NCBI RefSeq assembly: GCF_006345805.1
Contig: NC_042998.1
Location: forward strand, 171,926,001 to 171,990,000
Direction: 5' to 3'
Length of the DNA: 64,000 nt
Origin: Octopus sinensis
Taxonomy: Eukaryota
This document shows positions 41,930 to 56,885 of the stretch, one piece after another. Made by a program: the position numbers and the translations under genes. Below the pieces are notes generated by a model that saw only the letters and a list, made by a program, of their open reading frames with translations, was not told the DNA's origin and did no database searches. Position 1 is the first letter of the stretch. Each line of letters begins with the position of its first letter.

Positions 41930-42816
41930 ACTCAGTCTGATCAATAAGTATCCAGATTGTTGCCATAGTAACGAAGCTAAACGACGCAGAGTAAAGAAAC
42001 TTGGCAAAAATTGACCTTGAACTCTGCTGTGCATGCGCATTAAGTTTTAACATTCTAGCTCACTTCCGTTGTTTACAGCAGTGCTTGGAAGGAAGGTGTA
42101 GAATGAGATCGTCACATTGACCATTACAGAGAAAGTTGCCATGGCGATACCTGTCCAGAGACCTACGCAAAGTTGCAGAAAGTGTATGGAGGGGAGTGTC
42201 TAAGTCGCACACAAGTGTACGAGTGGTTCAGACGTTTCCCAGATGGCCCCAAAAAATGTCGATATTGACCAACATTCTGAGAGACCCGCAACCAGCAGAG
42301 CTGAGAAAAATATTGCAGTTGTGCGTGCAGCTGTGGGGGAAAACCGTCGAATCACCACCCGTGAGTTAGAGGATGTGCAGATTAGTTACAGTTCCCTTCA
42401 GTACATTATCACTGAACATTTGAATATGAGACACGTGTCTGCCAAGTTTGTGCCAAAACTGCTTTTAGCTGACCAAAATTCACTCGAGTTTCAGTTGCAC
42501 AAGATCTCTTTGATTGTGTCAAGAACGATGAAAACTTTTTGAAATCTTTGCTAGGCCTCTGAGCAGGTATCGCCAAGCTTTTGGCAAAATTTGTTGCAGA
42601 TTCTCTGATCAACTTTCTCTGTCATGGTCAAGATGGCGATCATACGTTACACACGTTCCTTCCAAGAGCTGTTGTAAACAGCGACAGTGAGCTAGATCGT
42701 TAAAACTTAGTGCACATGCGCGGCAGAGTTTAAGGTCAATCTGTGCAATGTGGTTTCAACCTTCGTGCATCAGCTTCGTTACTATGGCAACAGTCTGGAT
42801 ACTTATTGATCATAAC

Positions 42817-42821
<5 letters not shown>
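41930..42821. mobile_element. Mariner-derived palindromic non-autonomous element
   Basis: ~210-250 bp inverted ends (tgatcaataagtatccaga.tgttgccatagtaacgaagc). Internal HTH relic LQKVYGGECLSRTQVYEWFRRF...SAKFVPKLL. Confidence 0.85.
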
Positions 42822-42883
<62 letters not shown>

Positions 42884-43130
42884 TGTATGTATGTATGTAT
42901 GTATGTAGTTGGAACATACGTTTGCCATGGAGTTTAAACATCAATAAACTGTCCACAAAGTGAGTTCTAATTTTCAATTCATACTGAAACCAATTCGAGT
43001 TATTTACGTCGGAGAAAGGCATGAACTTAATAAAATCATATAGCAAAGGACTTTTAATCGAAAGCCAGATTGTTAAATTAAATGTATATATTTTATCATT
43101 TGGGCAACCAACTCACTCCAAACAACAATT

Positions 43131-43354
43131 ACTCTTACTCTTTTACTCTTTTACTTGTTTCAGTCATTTGACTGTGGCCATGCTGGGGCACCGCCTTTTG
43201 TCGAGCAAATCGACCCCGGGACTTATTCTTTATAAGCCTAGTACTTATTCTATCGGTCTCTATTGCCGAACCGCTATGTTACGGGGACGTAAACACACCA
43301 GCATCGGTTGTCAAGCGATGTTGGGGGACAAACACAAAGACACAAACACACACC

Positions 43355-43440
<86 letters not shown>

Positions 43441-43603
43441 TACGACAGGCTTTTTTCAGTTTCCGTCTACCAAATCCACTCACAAGGCTTTGGTCGGCCC
43501 GGGGCTATAGCAGAAGACAATTGCCCAAGGTGCCACGCAGTGGGACTGAACCCGGAACCATGTGGTTGGTTAGCAAGCTACTTACCACACAGCCACTCCT
43601 GCT
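43131..43603 (-). mobile_element. tRNA-derived SINE (major family)
   Basis: Near full-length reverse-complement copy. Confidence 0.9.
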
Positions 43604-43611
43604 GTGATACA

Positions 43612-43644
<33 letters not shown>

Positions 43645-43647
43645 TGT

Positions 43648-43702
<55 letters not shown>

Positions 43703-44034
43703 CAATATATGAAGAAAATTTAACTTGTCTGAATCAGATGTGTTTATATTGAGTCCCTTTTATGTTTTAACTTAACAGTTCGTCAAATAGATTGATAAAC
43801 TTCAACCAAACTGAAATAACTACTGGATTCATATGATCAATTAAATCCTCAAAAGCAGTGCTCCAGTATGGTTGCAGTCCAATAACGAAAATCAGTAAAC
43901 GAATGGAAAAGATACATTGTTAATATATCATTCTTGAGCAGGAAACAAACTTAGACTGTGTCAAGTGAACAATAAAAAAACAAGTGCAATCGACAGAGGC
44001 AAGTTGTTACGTGTGTATGTGTGTGTGTGCGTGT

Positions 44035-44107
<73 letters not shown>

Positions 44108-45144
44108 ACGAATGCTACAAATTTGTTCCCTCCTATAGGAAGTTGTCAAACTATTAATTGTTCTTATATGATGGTAGTCACTCGTGGCCCAAAAAAGACG
44201 GTTCTGCAGTTTCTTGCTGAAGAGCCTGCCCAAATGATTTGTTTATAATGATCAAACGTATCTGTTGTACATTAACTCACTCCTTCCATCAAATTGACGT
44301 TGCCTGAACGAGTGCATGGTTCACCACACGCCGAAGTGATTGCAGATCAACGTGAGATGAAGTATTTTGTTCAAGGACACAACGTATTACTTAGTTGAAA
44401 AATTAGAACCACGATTTCGTGATCGTGAGTGCAACACCCTAACAAGCAGGTCATGCACCCTCGACATTTATTTTTCTATACACTTAATATAACTGATAGT
44501 GTTTGCCTAAAAGAAAGGCGTAGTGAACGTATGCATGAGTGAGGAATTATTTAGGTAAAAAAAAAAGTACAATATTATGGATTAACCATTGAAGATCAGA
44601 CTTTTTACAAAGTACCTCGAGGGTTTATTTTGTTGTACTGCTAAAATTTCCTCAGTTTGTAAATTACGTATATATATTCCATCCTTTTTGCGTTTTAGGG
44701 TTTAATGCAAAAAATTCGGCCTAAAATATTTCTAGCATAGAAAAGATATAATATGGAACTTAAAAATAAGTACAAGTAGTCAGAAGCGTGAATATGGAAG
44801 GAATGGTAATACGTTTTGTGTGAGGAATTATTTAAATGACAAGGAAAGACTGATATGTAGAATCTTGGCAGTCAAGCTTCAAGACTTCTTAATTTATTCA
44901 GGTGTTCTAAAGAAAATGTATTGTGGGTTCTCTTTCAAGATGTTTTAAATAAATCACTTCAGTTTTTAAATGATATTCTTAAGTTTACTACAACAACAAC
45001 AATCCTTTCTAGGTACAAGAGCCCCAAATTTTTTTGGGGGAGGGGCCTCATCGATTACATCGACTCCAGTACTCAACTGGTACCTATTTTATCGACCCTG
45101 ATAAAGATGGAAACCAAAATCAACTTTGGTGGAATTTGAACTCA

Positions 45145-45195
<51 letters not shown>

Positions 45196-45209
45196 GATAT
45201 GACTGATGT

Positions 45210-45695
45210 GATATGATATGACTGTCCCAATCGATATAAACCTACCAAAAACTGAGCAAATATAAAGATCTTGAAATAGAAATCAGCAAAATGTGGAAGC
45301 TGAAGACTAAAACAATACCTGTTGTCATAGGTGCCCTGGGAATGATAGCGAAAGGGACTGATTGCTACCTAACTCAGATACCAGGAAACCCCAAAATGGC
45401 AGAAATTCAAAAGATAGTGCTCATGGGAACTGCTCATATCCTACGCAAAATACTCTCTATGTAATCCCAAGGTTTAAAACAAACTTTTTTTTTATTCATA
45501 TTTTTTTATTTTTTTATTTTTTTATGTATTAGACATTCACTAGTACAACACCAAAAAAAAAAATATATATATGGCACAGAACTTCCAACCTGTTGTCTCT
45601 TGAGGTCTCTGGGTGAGACTTGGAGCCAACTTGTACAGACATAAAGCAAAAGTCAAACATAGAATAATAATAATAATAATAACAACAACAACAGC

Positions 45696-45726
<31 letters not shown>

Positions 45727-46107
45727 CACTGGGATTGATCAAAAAAGGAATTAAAAATTATTCGCTTGGAATGATCAAAAAAGGAACTGAAAATTATTTA
45801 AGAATGATCCCTGGATTACCATCCATGCAGTAAGTGCAAAAGATTGTCTTAACTGGTACGTCACACGTACTGAGAAGAGCATTGTCGTTGTGAATTTTCT
45901 TTCCTTTTCCCCCTTTATTTTCTTTCTTTACCTTTTATTTTTCCTTTTTCTCTCTGTCTTTCTTCCCCTCTTCCTCTATCACATGACTTTGAAAATGCAC
46001 AATCTGGTGTGTTTACTTTAATGGTATACAGTGTGTTTCTCTCCTCTAGGTGTCAGGAAGACACTCGGCAAGAAATGGAAACAGAATTGAAATAAGGTGA
46101 TAATGAA

Positions 46108-46110
<3 letters not shown>
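45210..46110 (+). mobile_element. Two stacked R4/Dong 3' fragments (45210-45663 and 45728-46110)
   Basis: KLSKYKDLEIEISKMW...PVVIGALG...QKIVLMGTAHILRKIL* and GMIKKGTENYLRMIPGLP...GTSHVLRRAL; separated and flanked by (AAT)n/(AAC)n. Confidence 0.88.
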
Positions 46111-46163
<53 letters not shown>

Positions 46164-46638
46164 GTCTTGGTATAAAAGATGGGCTACAGCAAATATTCTG
46201 CTCAATACCACAGATTTGCTTGTCAGTTGTTTGACCTTAACCAGTTGAGCATGTCCCTTAGTGGCTGACGATATGTGCATCTCTGATCACGAGCAGAAGT
46301 AGTGGGGGAGCATCATGGCCATGTGTTGAGAGGGATTCTTTGGGGTTTGAATAATTCACCTCTGGAAACATAGGTGTTTCGTTCAACATCCTAAAGCAAC
46401 CCTTATTCAGGGACCTTTTGAGCAGGATGGGCTACTCAACCTGAAGAAAATTCTAACTGGGCGCCACCTGCAAGGTCATGTGCTGTTTATCTTGATATGA
46501 GATCACCATGTCGCGCACATATGGTTGTGATGCATGTGCCTGGTGTACCTTTATCAGACGGGTAGTCATGATGGGTATATTGGGCTTCGTATATTTTACC
46601 CCAGTGTCACTTTGATGGCATGAACTGCTCTCTCACTC
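46164..46638 (+). mobile_element. 5'-truncated copy of the ~555 bp (TAA)n-targeted retroposon
   Basis: Same 3' end (ctctctcactc-aataat) as 59647-60201; lacks the first ~80 nt. Confidence 0.8.
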
Positions 46639-46679
<41 letters not shown>

Positions 46680-47571
46680 GGGAATTGAAAGATAGAAAAT
46701 AATTAATATGACGTCTTTATAATTAAATATTTTGGTTACAACTGGATACTTTGAATTAAAATAAAAAGAATTTACTAAACTTTTGGGGGAGGGGGAGACG
46801 GAGGCTTGAATATATATTTTAGCTCACCTACACCAATATTTCACATATTCTGTACTACCAAGATTCATTCTGTTTAAATTTATTTCCTCAGACCAGTCTG
46901 CTCCACAAATTTTTAACTCAACTCATATTTTAGTTAAAATAAGACAAACATTAATTTATCGACTTTGCTTTATTCCGACTGAATTACAGAATTTATTTCT
47001 CAGAACGCGTGGTTTCGCAATTATGATGATGACAACGTGACTACGCCAATACAATCAAAATTTGGTAGTACTATCATAACAATTACCTAATGTTAATCTA
47101 TTTAAGCCGAGGTTAATAGTTTTCTTCTTCTTACAATTAAATCAGATACTATCAGTACAAAATAAAGCCAGGGAAAAATATCTAGATGAAGGTTAACAGA
47201 ATTTAAATCGCTTCAAGGCCAAAGGACTTCAACAACATGCGTCTGTCTCTGCTCGGAAAATAGTTGTCACAGAAAGCAATTGTTGTTTAACTCCTGTGAT
47301 GTCAGCTGATTTCCTGAAGATGTCCAAAATCAATCAAAACCTGTCATAAGAAAGTGTTAAACATGTAAACAAACCTTCACTGGTATCCCGGCATAGCCGC
47401 AGTTTTTATGACCGAAACAAAGAAAAATAAAAGGTAAAAAGTTATCATTAAATAAAAGATAATTTTTTACGCCCTAGGAAGCATCAACGCTTCCTGTCGG
47501 CCTTGACACATTTCATGTGTCCTTATGTTTACAAGGGGGAGACAAGTACCTCCACCCAGCTAAGCCTGCAT

Positions 47572-47611
47572 CTAGAGACTAGTTTCTGAGTCTTGATCGT
47601 CATCAGTCTGG
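47572..47611 (-). ncRNA. Minimal type-I hammerhead motif with a long extended stem I
   Basis: ccaga-CTGATGA-cgatcaagactca-GAAACTAGTC-tctag; palindromic stem III ACTAGT. Flanks pair further (ccagcta/tagctgg, agcc/ggct, tgc/gca). Confidence 0.68.
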
Positions 47612-47824
47612 AGTAGCATGGCTTGCTAGCTGGAGATGGTTGTCTAGGTCGTGTAAATATATAAGAATTCTAGTGAAATAAATCCACTTCTAGTGAATAA
47701 TCCTCTTATGGTAAGAGTTACTGACGATATCACTAGAGAACATATGAAAATATAAGAATACGTGGTGGACGATTAGTATTTGTATTAATAGAAATATTCA
47801 ATGTCCTTGGTAATGAAATACCTC

Positions 47825-48015
47825 GAATTCTTTTCTTCTCAAGGCACAAGGTCCGAAGTTTTTGGGGAGGGGGCCAGTCGATCACATCGACCCCAGTACG
47901 CCACTGGTACTTCATTTATCGACCCCGAAAGGATTAAAGGCAAAATCGATCCCGGCGGAATTTGAACTCAGAACATGAAGACAGACGAAATACCGCTAAG
48001 TATTTTGCCTGGCGC
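47825..48015 (-). mobile_element. SINE, second family (another copy at ~45000-45145)
   Basis: actggtactt..tttatcgaccccgaaagg...ggaatttgaactcagaa body. Confidence 0.8.
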
Positions 48016-48157
48016 CACATTTGCAATATCTCAAATTAAGCAACCAAGGTAGATAAAAAAACTAGAAGAAAATACCAATAGTCTATATCACAGAATAAGG
48101 TGTTCAAATATAATCATAAAGTGTATAACGAATAATAAATTCGCAGCACACCAGTTA

Positions 48158-48557
48158 TCTTTATATATAAAAGTAAGGTTGTGTGTCTGTCTCCTACGAT
48201 TTAGATTCCTAACTACTCCCACATTTTGCGGTGCAGTTTAACCAAAACCGGGTATCTTATAGTCGTGGTTCATATCGAGCCCTTCTGGGTGTTAGCGCGC
48301 GTCTACGATGAGTCTACGATTTTAAAAAAAAATTTACCATCATTTTTTTCCATTTTAATGCATTTTTTTCGCTATTATATAAGGGAAGTAACTCTCTAAA
48401 AATATCTACGATGAGTCAACGATTTAAAAAAAAATTTACCATAATTTTTTTTTCCATTTTTAATGCATTTTTTGCTATTTTTTGGCTATAACTCTCTAAA
48501 AATGCTTATATAGTTATTTCCCTTACAAACCCGAGCAACGCCGGGCGATACTGCTAG
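48158..48557 (+). mobile_element. Non-autonomous Helitron
   Basis: 5' TC, 3' hairpin cccgagcaacgccggg followed by CTAG, inserted between A and T; internal ~100 bp tandem duplication. Confidence 0.92.
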
Positions 48558-49046
48558 TATCTTATAAGAAATTTACAAAAATGTACGCTACACTCTTGAG
48601 GGGAAATTAACAGCTTTAAGACATACTGAGTGAAAAACGTCATTAGCTAGGAAAATGTATTAAAAGCCAGCCTTATCTAAAAAGTTTGCTGCTAATTCAC
48701 AAACTGTATAGTAGAGGATTTAAAAAATCATCTTTATAAAAGAAACCCTATTTTTAATTAGACCTTAAATAATTTTGGCTTAAGACTTGGAATTAAAGAG
48801 AGATTACTGTGCCAACAATCAACTTCGTAACTTTTACAAAGTTGTGAAACAACTGCATTATGGGAAGAGACGATATATATTAGATATTGATACAAGATAA
48901 CAACATTCTACAAAAAGTCAATAATATGCATATCTAAAAGGCATGGGAAAGATCAGATTGGGAGACAAAATTAGATTATGTCAACTTTAACCAAGAACGA
49001 AAATATTGACTTAGTCGAAAATTATGGGTATAAACAATGCATACCT

Positions 49047-49086
49047 ATAACAACAACAACAACAATAACAACAACAACAACAACAA

Positions 49087-49117
<31 letters not shown>

Positions 49118-49262
49118 AACAACAACGACGACGATGATGATGACAACGATGATGATGACAATGATGATGATGACAACGATGATGATGACAACGATGATGA
49201 CAACGATGATGACAACGATGATGATAATAATAACGATGATGATAATAATAACGATGATGATG

Positions 49263-49315
<53 letters not shown>

Positions 49316-49316
49316 T
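49047..49316. repeat. Compound trinucleotide microsatellite (AAC/GAC/GAT/AAT)
   Basis: Direct inspection. Confidence 0.95.
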
Positions 49317-49319
49317 ATA

Positions 49320-50058
49320 ATATCGATAATAAGCAGCCCAAGATGAAGCGATAAAAACAAACAAATTGAGAAAAAATACATATGGAGAGACTGAGTCAGA
49401 AAATGTAGAGCATGTGGAACTTGGAACGAGAATGCACCAAGTTGGCACAGGAAGAAGATAAGAAATAGAGACACGACCAGGTTATGAAAGCTTTACACTG
49501 GAAACTGTGTCAGGAATGGAGATTTAAAGCTGAAAACACATGGTACAATCATCGAGTCGAATGAGTACTAGAGTCAGAGAAATGTAAGATTTTGTGGGAC
49601 TTACCTCTTCAAACGGACAAGAAGTCAGAAAGTAATAGGCCAGATATTACAATCATAAATAAGGAAAAGCGAAGTTGTTTACTTATCGACCCATCATTCC
49701 CGTTTGATTCCAGGATCGTAAAGAAAGAGGAAGAATAACAAAAAGTATAAATACAATCCCTTAAAGTTTGAAATAGGAAGAATTTGGAGCATGAGATTAG
49801 TAAAGGTGGTGCCTATAATAATTGGTGCGTTGGGAACAGTGAGCCAAGATATAGACAAATGGCTGAAGGTGATTGAAATACAATGTCCGATAGAGCTCCC
49901 TCAGAAAGTTTGTCTCTTAGAGTCAGTAAGGATTATCAGGAGGGATCTAAGCACTCGAGAGATTGCCGAAAATTTCTGATCACCTAAGGTTACAGGTGGT
50001 AACCTGCTACTCACATATATCCTACCAGGAATAAGACCAAACCTGAGCTTTGTTTCTA
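49320..50058 (+). mobile_element. R4/Dong-clade LINE 3' fragment
   Basis: CRAC, RHDQV, ILWD..QTD...NRPDI, VVPIIIGALG, QKVCLLES.RIIRR. Confidence 0.85.
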
Positions 50059-50778
50059 TAATGATGATGATGATGATGATGATGAAGAGGAGGAGGAGGA
50101 GGATGGGGAGGAGGAAGAACTTCAGGCGCACTGCAACAAGTCGGAAGCTTATGCATAAATTCTATTCAAGGTGCTTCAACCGATTCATTTAAGACCTTTA
50201 CTTGCACAACAAGGCGGTCACTAATGAACAGGCAGGTAAAAAGTAGGGTATGGGGAATAAAATACAAAGACAATAGAAGTAAAGTAATAAATAAAAGATC
50301 ATCGTGGATTTGGAAATAACATAAAACACCGGAAGACTATCAGAATTGTAGTAGTACTGTAGCGGTGAATCGAAACCACATCGCTTAATATAAGGTCAGA
50401 CATCGCGAGCAAACCACAATAGTTTCACGTAATCGGTCTATTAAACAGCCACTCGGCGTGAAGCTTTTGTTTTCTAGATTGTCTTTCGTGTGCCTTATAA
50501 AAGAGCCTGATTGGAGCCTAAACTCTTTGCAGAGCGTTGGCAGCGGCCGACTCATTCACATGTCTCATCTCTTGCCAAGCAGAGTATTGAAAGACAACTG
50601 AGCAATATGCGCCTCTATTCTTGCCATAGACGGTTGGAAGATAGCCAAAGCAGACGGTTGCGTAGACGGCCAACACAGGTGGCCTAGGACAAATAATCAA
50701 GAACTTCTGTCGCCACAAAAATAGCGCAATTAATTTCAGATATGTTAGGCCAAACGTATGTTGCCGTACCAATTTCCA

Positions 50779-50947
<169 letters not shown>

Positions 50948-51599
50948 ACATACATACGTACATATACATACATGCATGCATACATACATACATACATACG
51001 TACATGCATATATACATACATGCATACATACATACATGCATACATACACACATGCATACATACATACATACATGCATACATACATACATGCATGCATACA
51101 TACATGCATATATACATACATGCATACATACATACATGCATACATACATACATACATACATACATACATACATACATACATACATACATACATACATACA
51201 TACCTAATATACATTATAACCAGAAATGACGAAAGTAGCATTAGTTTTTAGGTTGTTCAATTTTTCTCAACCAATCAATTGGTCAATTGTGTGAACCTAT
51301 CAATAACGAACCTATAAGAACTACTGAAAACAGCTGTAAGTCAAATTTACTACAATAAAGAAAAATATATAATGACCATTATCTATGCCTTGTCTTGTAT
51401 ATCACTCTGTAAAAACCGGTATAACTCGTACACAACCATGGATTTACAGTATAGAATGGCGATGAAATAAACCCTGCCACAAGGATACGTGGCGTTCTTT
51501 TCTAATCTAAACCATATTGTTAGCCTGGTGTACTAACAGAGGGCTCATAAAGTATTTTGCCCGGATTGATAATCCCTCACTAATAATTCTCTCTCTCTC

Positions 51600-52710
51600 T
51601 ATATATATTTCTTTCGACCTCCTCCTGGTTTGAGAAAGTTATGTCCCCCAACCAAATGATTCTGTAAGCTACGAAACAAATGGTAGTCTGAAGGAGCAAG
51701 GTCGGGAGAATAAGGTGGATGAGAATTTTTTCCCAACCAAGTTCTTCGATCTTCTATGACGTGATCTTTGCAGTGTGGAGTCGCACACTGTCCTGATGAA
51801 ACATCACTCCTATCGATTCACTAAAGCGGGTCTTTTTTTCTCCAAAGCTTGGTTCAAACGCTCTAATTGCTGACAGTAGACTTGAGCAATGATTGTTGCA
51901 TTAGGTGTTAACAATTCAAAGTGAATTACTCCTTTGCAATCCCACCAGATAGAAGGAAGAACCTTTTTCCCATGAAGTTCCCTTCTCGGTTGTGGTTCAG
52001 ATTTTTTCCTTTTACCAAGCCACTGTTTATGACGTTTAACATTTCGATAAAAACTCCATTTCTCGTCACCAGTCACATATCTATTTAAAAAGGGTGAAAT
52101 GAGTTTGCGAGAATGGAGAGAAAAGCAGATGTCAACTTGGGATTTGGGGTTGCTTTCGTACACTTCATGAAGCACCCATTTTCTAAGTTTAGAAACCTTT
52201 CCAAATTGTTGAAGATGACGATGAACAGTTGTATGGTTTGAACTAAGCTTTATTACCAATTCTTCAATTGATAACGCAGGATTTTCTTCAAGTAATGCCT
52301 CAAGGAGCTTATCATCAAACTCAACTGGACGTCCTGTTCAATCTTCATCTTCAAGGCTGAAATCTCTACTTATGAATTTTTCAAACCATCTTCTGCAAGT
52401 TCTTTCATTGAAGCATTCTTTCCCATAAACTGCGTGTATGTTTCTAGTTGCTTCGGCTGCAGAGTTTCCCGTTTTGTACTCATAAAGCATTAAGTGCCTT
52501 AAATGCTCTTTGAATACTTCCATGTTAGAAAGGGTTTTAATGAAAGAAATTTTAATTCTTTTATTCCGTAAAATAATATTTAATTAGTTTAAATGTACAC
52601 AAATACATAAAAAATTATTTTAAATTCCATTAGACATTCTAAAATACTATAAAATTTCATTCAATTTTAAAAAAGGTAAAATCAGACTGAACTTATAGGA
52701 TGACCTGATA
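51600..52710 (-). mobile_element. Mariner (DD34D-type) transposon relic
   Basis: WVLHE, VTGDEKW, HGKKVL..WWDCKGV, HQD, PPYSPDLAPSDYHLF; terminal tatcaggtcatcctataagtt. Confidence 0.92.
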
Positions 52711-52717
52711 TTTTTTT

Positions 52718-53111
52718 TTTACTTGTTTCAGTCATTTGACTGCGGCCATGCTGGAGCACCGCCTTTAATCGAGCAACTCGACCCCAGGACTTATTCTTTT
52801 GTAAGCCCAGTACTTATTCTATCGGTCTCTTTTGCCGAACCGCTAAGTGACGGGGACATAAACACACCAGCATCGGTTGTCAAGCAATGCTAGGGGGACA
52901 AACACAGACACACAAACACACACACGCATATATATATATACATATATACGACGGGTTTCTTCCAGTTTCCGTCTACCAAATCCACTCACAAGGCTTTGGT
53001 CGGCCCGAGGCTATAGTAGAAGACACTTGCCCAAGGTGCCACGCAGTAGGACTGAACCCGGAACCATGTGGTTGGTAAACAAGCTACTTACCACACAGCC
53101 ACTCCTGCGCC

Positions 53112-53112
<1 letters not shown>
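52718..53112 (-). mobile_element. tRNA-derived SINE (major family)
   Basis: Full-length reverse-complement copy. Confidence 0.9.
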
Positions 53113-53147
<35 letters not shown>

Positions 53148-53148
53148 T

Positions 53149-53206
<58 letters not shown>

Positions 53207-53251
53207 TATATATATACACACATATATACATACACACACACACACACACAC

Positions 53252-53314
<63 letters not shown>

Positions 53315-54114
53315 GGTAGTGTGCATAATTGAAACCACAGGAAAAAAATAAACAGAAACTTTATAAGGATAACCTGATAGTATTCACCATACTTTCCCCC
53401 ATTTGTTTTAGGTGCCAAAGTACTTATGAACAAACTAACAATGACACCTTTTTCTCTCTCTCACCTTCTACTCAGCATAAAAGGCAGGATGTGGTTGGTG
53501 TAACGAGTAGGGGCTGCAGCAGCACTCGGTTTGACTAAAGTGGCGTAAATTGAAGTGCCTTGTTTAGGGAGACAACGCACTGCCGATTCAGGAATCTAAT
53601 CCAGGACCTTATGATCGTGTGTCCAACATACTAACCACGTAGCCAAACTACAAATGTGCAATGCGAGTATCAACCAGATCGATCTCACATCACTTGGATC
53701 GTCTGAAAATATCAAACTTCCAACTCGGACAAAATAATAAAGATTTAAGACTTGAACAAAGACAAAAAAAAAACTGTTTTGATAATTACTTTTTTTATTT
53801 TTAAACGATTGCAACGCGAAGGATGTTTATAAGCCATTTAAAAACACACAAAACCCGTTAAATTCACTTCAACATTCAAATTTGATTTGTGAAAATATTT
53901 TCGTCGCTTTGAAACCGCGACCTGTTCACTGACAAAATTCCGTGCTACCTCTGAGAAAGTAACAGTTACTTTAAAAAAACATTAATATAAAGTCGATCCT
54001 AAGCGTGTGTTGTAGAACGATCAGGGTTTGTGATAGGTCGCCTACCCACCCCGTAAAATAGTTCATTGCTACTGAAAATATCAGAATCAGAAGATAACTC
54101 CGTCAAGCCCTTAC

Positions 54115-54289
54115 CGATGGAGAGGCAAACAACTGCTGGATGAAAGAAGTTCGCCAATTTGTGGGAGTAAGCTCGTTTCCTTCTTCCATTTGTCCAATAG
54201 GTTCAACGTAGAAAGGTCGGCCGCATCAATTTCGCTGGTCTCTGAGAGACTGTGAATGAAGGTCTCAGGCTCTGCTCCTTCCTCCAGTT
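54115..54289 (-). CDS. Candidate 175-bp internal exon of an unidentified host gene
   Basis: Acceptor tttttcttactgttag and donor CG|gtaagg; one open frame (LEEGAEPETFIHSLSE...CLPLHR); no homology recognised. Confidence 0.22.
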
Positions 54290-56639
54290 CTAACAGTAAG
54301 AAAAATCGGTGTAACAACTCGAACAATAAGCCTGGTCGTGAAGCAACTGAACTGATGATGCTTTATATCGACTGACATACCAAACTGATGATAGAGGTAG
54401 GCATCCCGTTGAAATGTAACTTATCTCTCACCGTATGTGTAATGGCGGCTGAGTAATCAAAGACTACAACAAGACAGAAATGTTTAGTGAATACAATATA
54501 TTATTCTCCCTTCTACTAAGTTTTCTTGTGAGTCACATAGAATAGGTGGCTGGTTGATCCATGACCAGGTAAATTTATTGCCACTAATTCCAGGCTGCTG
54601 TGCCGTTTATCTAGTCCGACGGATGTTTGCTCCACATATGAACAACGCCTCAACTGATATTCACTTTTAACAGCAATGCTTTTCTCCATGTCTTAAGAAA
54701 CTGGGGAAACTCAGGCGCTATCCTGGAGGGTTATTTTCTCTGCTTAACCTGCCGATCTTAATGGAATTGTATTGCACCTGACGTGTCCAACGTGTTACTT
54801 GCGCCTGACGTGTCAAATATAGTTTGAGCGTTGAGGTGCTACTGAAACCATGAGTAGAGAAACATCCACTATCTTTTCTTCCAACCCAGGTAATTGTTCT
54901 GCTCTTAATCGATGTATTAATGACTTGCATATTCGTCTGAAGCTGAATAATATTTACTTCATTAACCAAAACTTTTCTCCTGAAATCAAAATAAAGCACT
55001 GGCCTTATGAATATCTGTAGTTTAGGGAGTAATTAACTCAACTCCTAAAAGTACTTTTGTCGAGACCAATCCACTCAGCACTTGGCAGTTTCTCATCTTG
55101 ACTCTTTAGTCAAGATGTTATAAGAAGCATATGTTTGTAGATTTTTAAATTTTGATATCACATTACTGATTTTTACGCTACAGTACGAATGAAGACGCGT
55201 TGTCTACAATGTATATGTTGTTTGGCTCAAAATAAATCTTTCTCGAGTCAAGTTACTTAATTTTCACAGCAAATAGTGACGAAAATTCAAACGAAAGCAG
55301 ATTGTCTAATTGGAGATACATTTCCTTCACAAAAAAGTTCTAACCAAAAGGAAAAAGAAAAGAATGAGAAAGAAAAAGAAGATTAGATAATGAAAATATA
55401 TTCTACATGCTACATTTTTCAGCTATTTCAATAAGTTTTGTACAAAATTCGTTTCATGTATTTTCCAGATTGCTGAATTTGGCGATAATGGCTAAGATGC
55501 CTTGCCAGATTTGGCACGTATGGCAATGAAATATGAAGCAAAGAATATAGAGTTCTAATTGACAGAATTGGAAGAGTATTGAACTACCGATCGAAAGGTC
55601 AGCTCGAATACTGTCCTCAATGTTTAATCTTTATCTATGATAAAGATTTTATATCTGAAGACTCAACCTGTCTAGTACTAAATGGGTACTATGTGTAGTT
55701 GTAGACACAGATGAATAAAGGAATTAGTTAATGGACAATCAACTGAAAGGTTAATCTGTGTGTCAAAACACTTAATTATCGACATTTGGGTTCACTTGCC
55801 CTAATTATTTTCAGAGAATAGTATAACTCAGTGCAGTAATCAATGGCACTAGTGTAAAATTTACGGGTAATTTGTTAACTGGAAGCTCTGAGTTCTATAC
55901 CCATCCAAAGAAAAAGCAACCAGCAGTATATCAGAATCATATCCAATAAGGTTAGTGGGTGTTGGTTGATTTATCTCTGATCTGTTTAACACAGTGTAAA
56001 TCTAATAAATAAGATGATTAGGACTAGGAAGAAAATGCATAGGTGCAACATAGTACAGCAATGTATACACTACATTATTAAAAAAATTTCATTTGACTGG
56101 AGTTGTGAATTAAAGTTATTCTCTATTGCCGAGCTTGACGATAGAGAGTAATCCCTACAAATATTTTCCAACCAGCTCTGATAATCATTTTCGTCAATTT
56201 TGTCAATGGACTGGTTTTAAATAGTGATGCATCTCATAATTAAAGACCAGGAGACATCCACAATAAAATGGATGAGAATGTTTCTATACGGTCTCTCGAA
56301 CTGATAGAAATAGAGCAATCTCTTCATATGATATCCTACAACCCTAAAAAATGGGAATAGTACAGCATTAAATAATGCAATCCTAGAAAGACTATGTCTC
56401 AAAAGTAAAGACGGAAAGGCCAGGGATATAATGTACTTTATCAAAACTTGCGGTTAAAGCGTAAAATAACAAACAAACAAACAAAAAAAAAACTAAGCGA
56501 TCCATGTTAGTTCGCTTTCCAGCATGTTTAAGTGTGAGATGGAAAACGATCAAAGATTCAAATTTGGATTCGAAACTAAGAGAAACCCCCAAACTTTAGA
56601 AAACTTATACCATCGAAGAAATCGATACACACGCACAAA

Positions 56640-56792
56640 CACAGGCACACACATGGTTCAAAAATATACAAAAAAAGTATACAAAAACAGAGATAGATGA
56701 AAGAACAATACATCAAACGGTGCATTAGTTTGACACTCAGAAAGTCGTTGACGTTTCGAGCCTACGTTCTGTTACGGAAGAAATGAGGAGGG

Positions 56793-56885
<93 letters not shown>

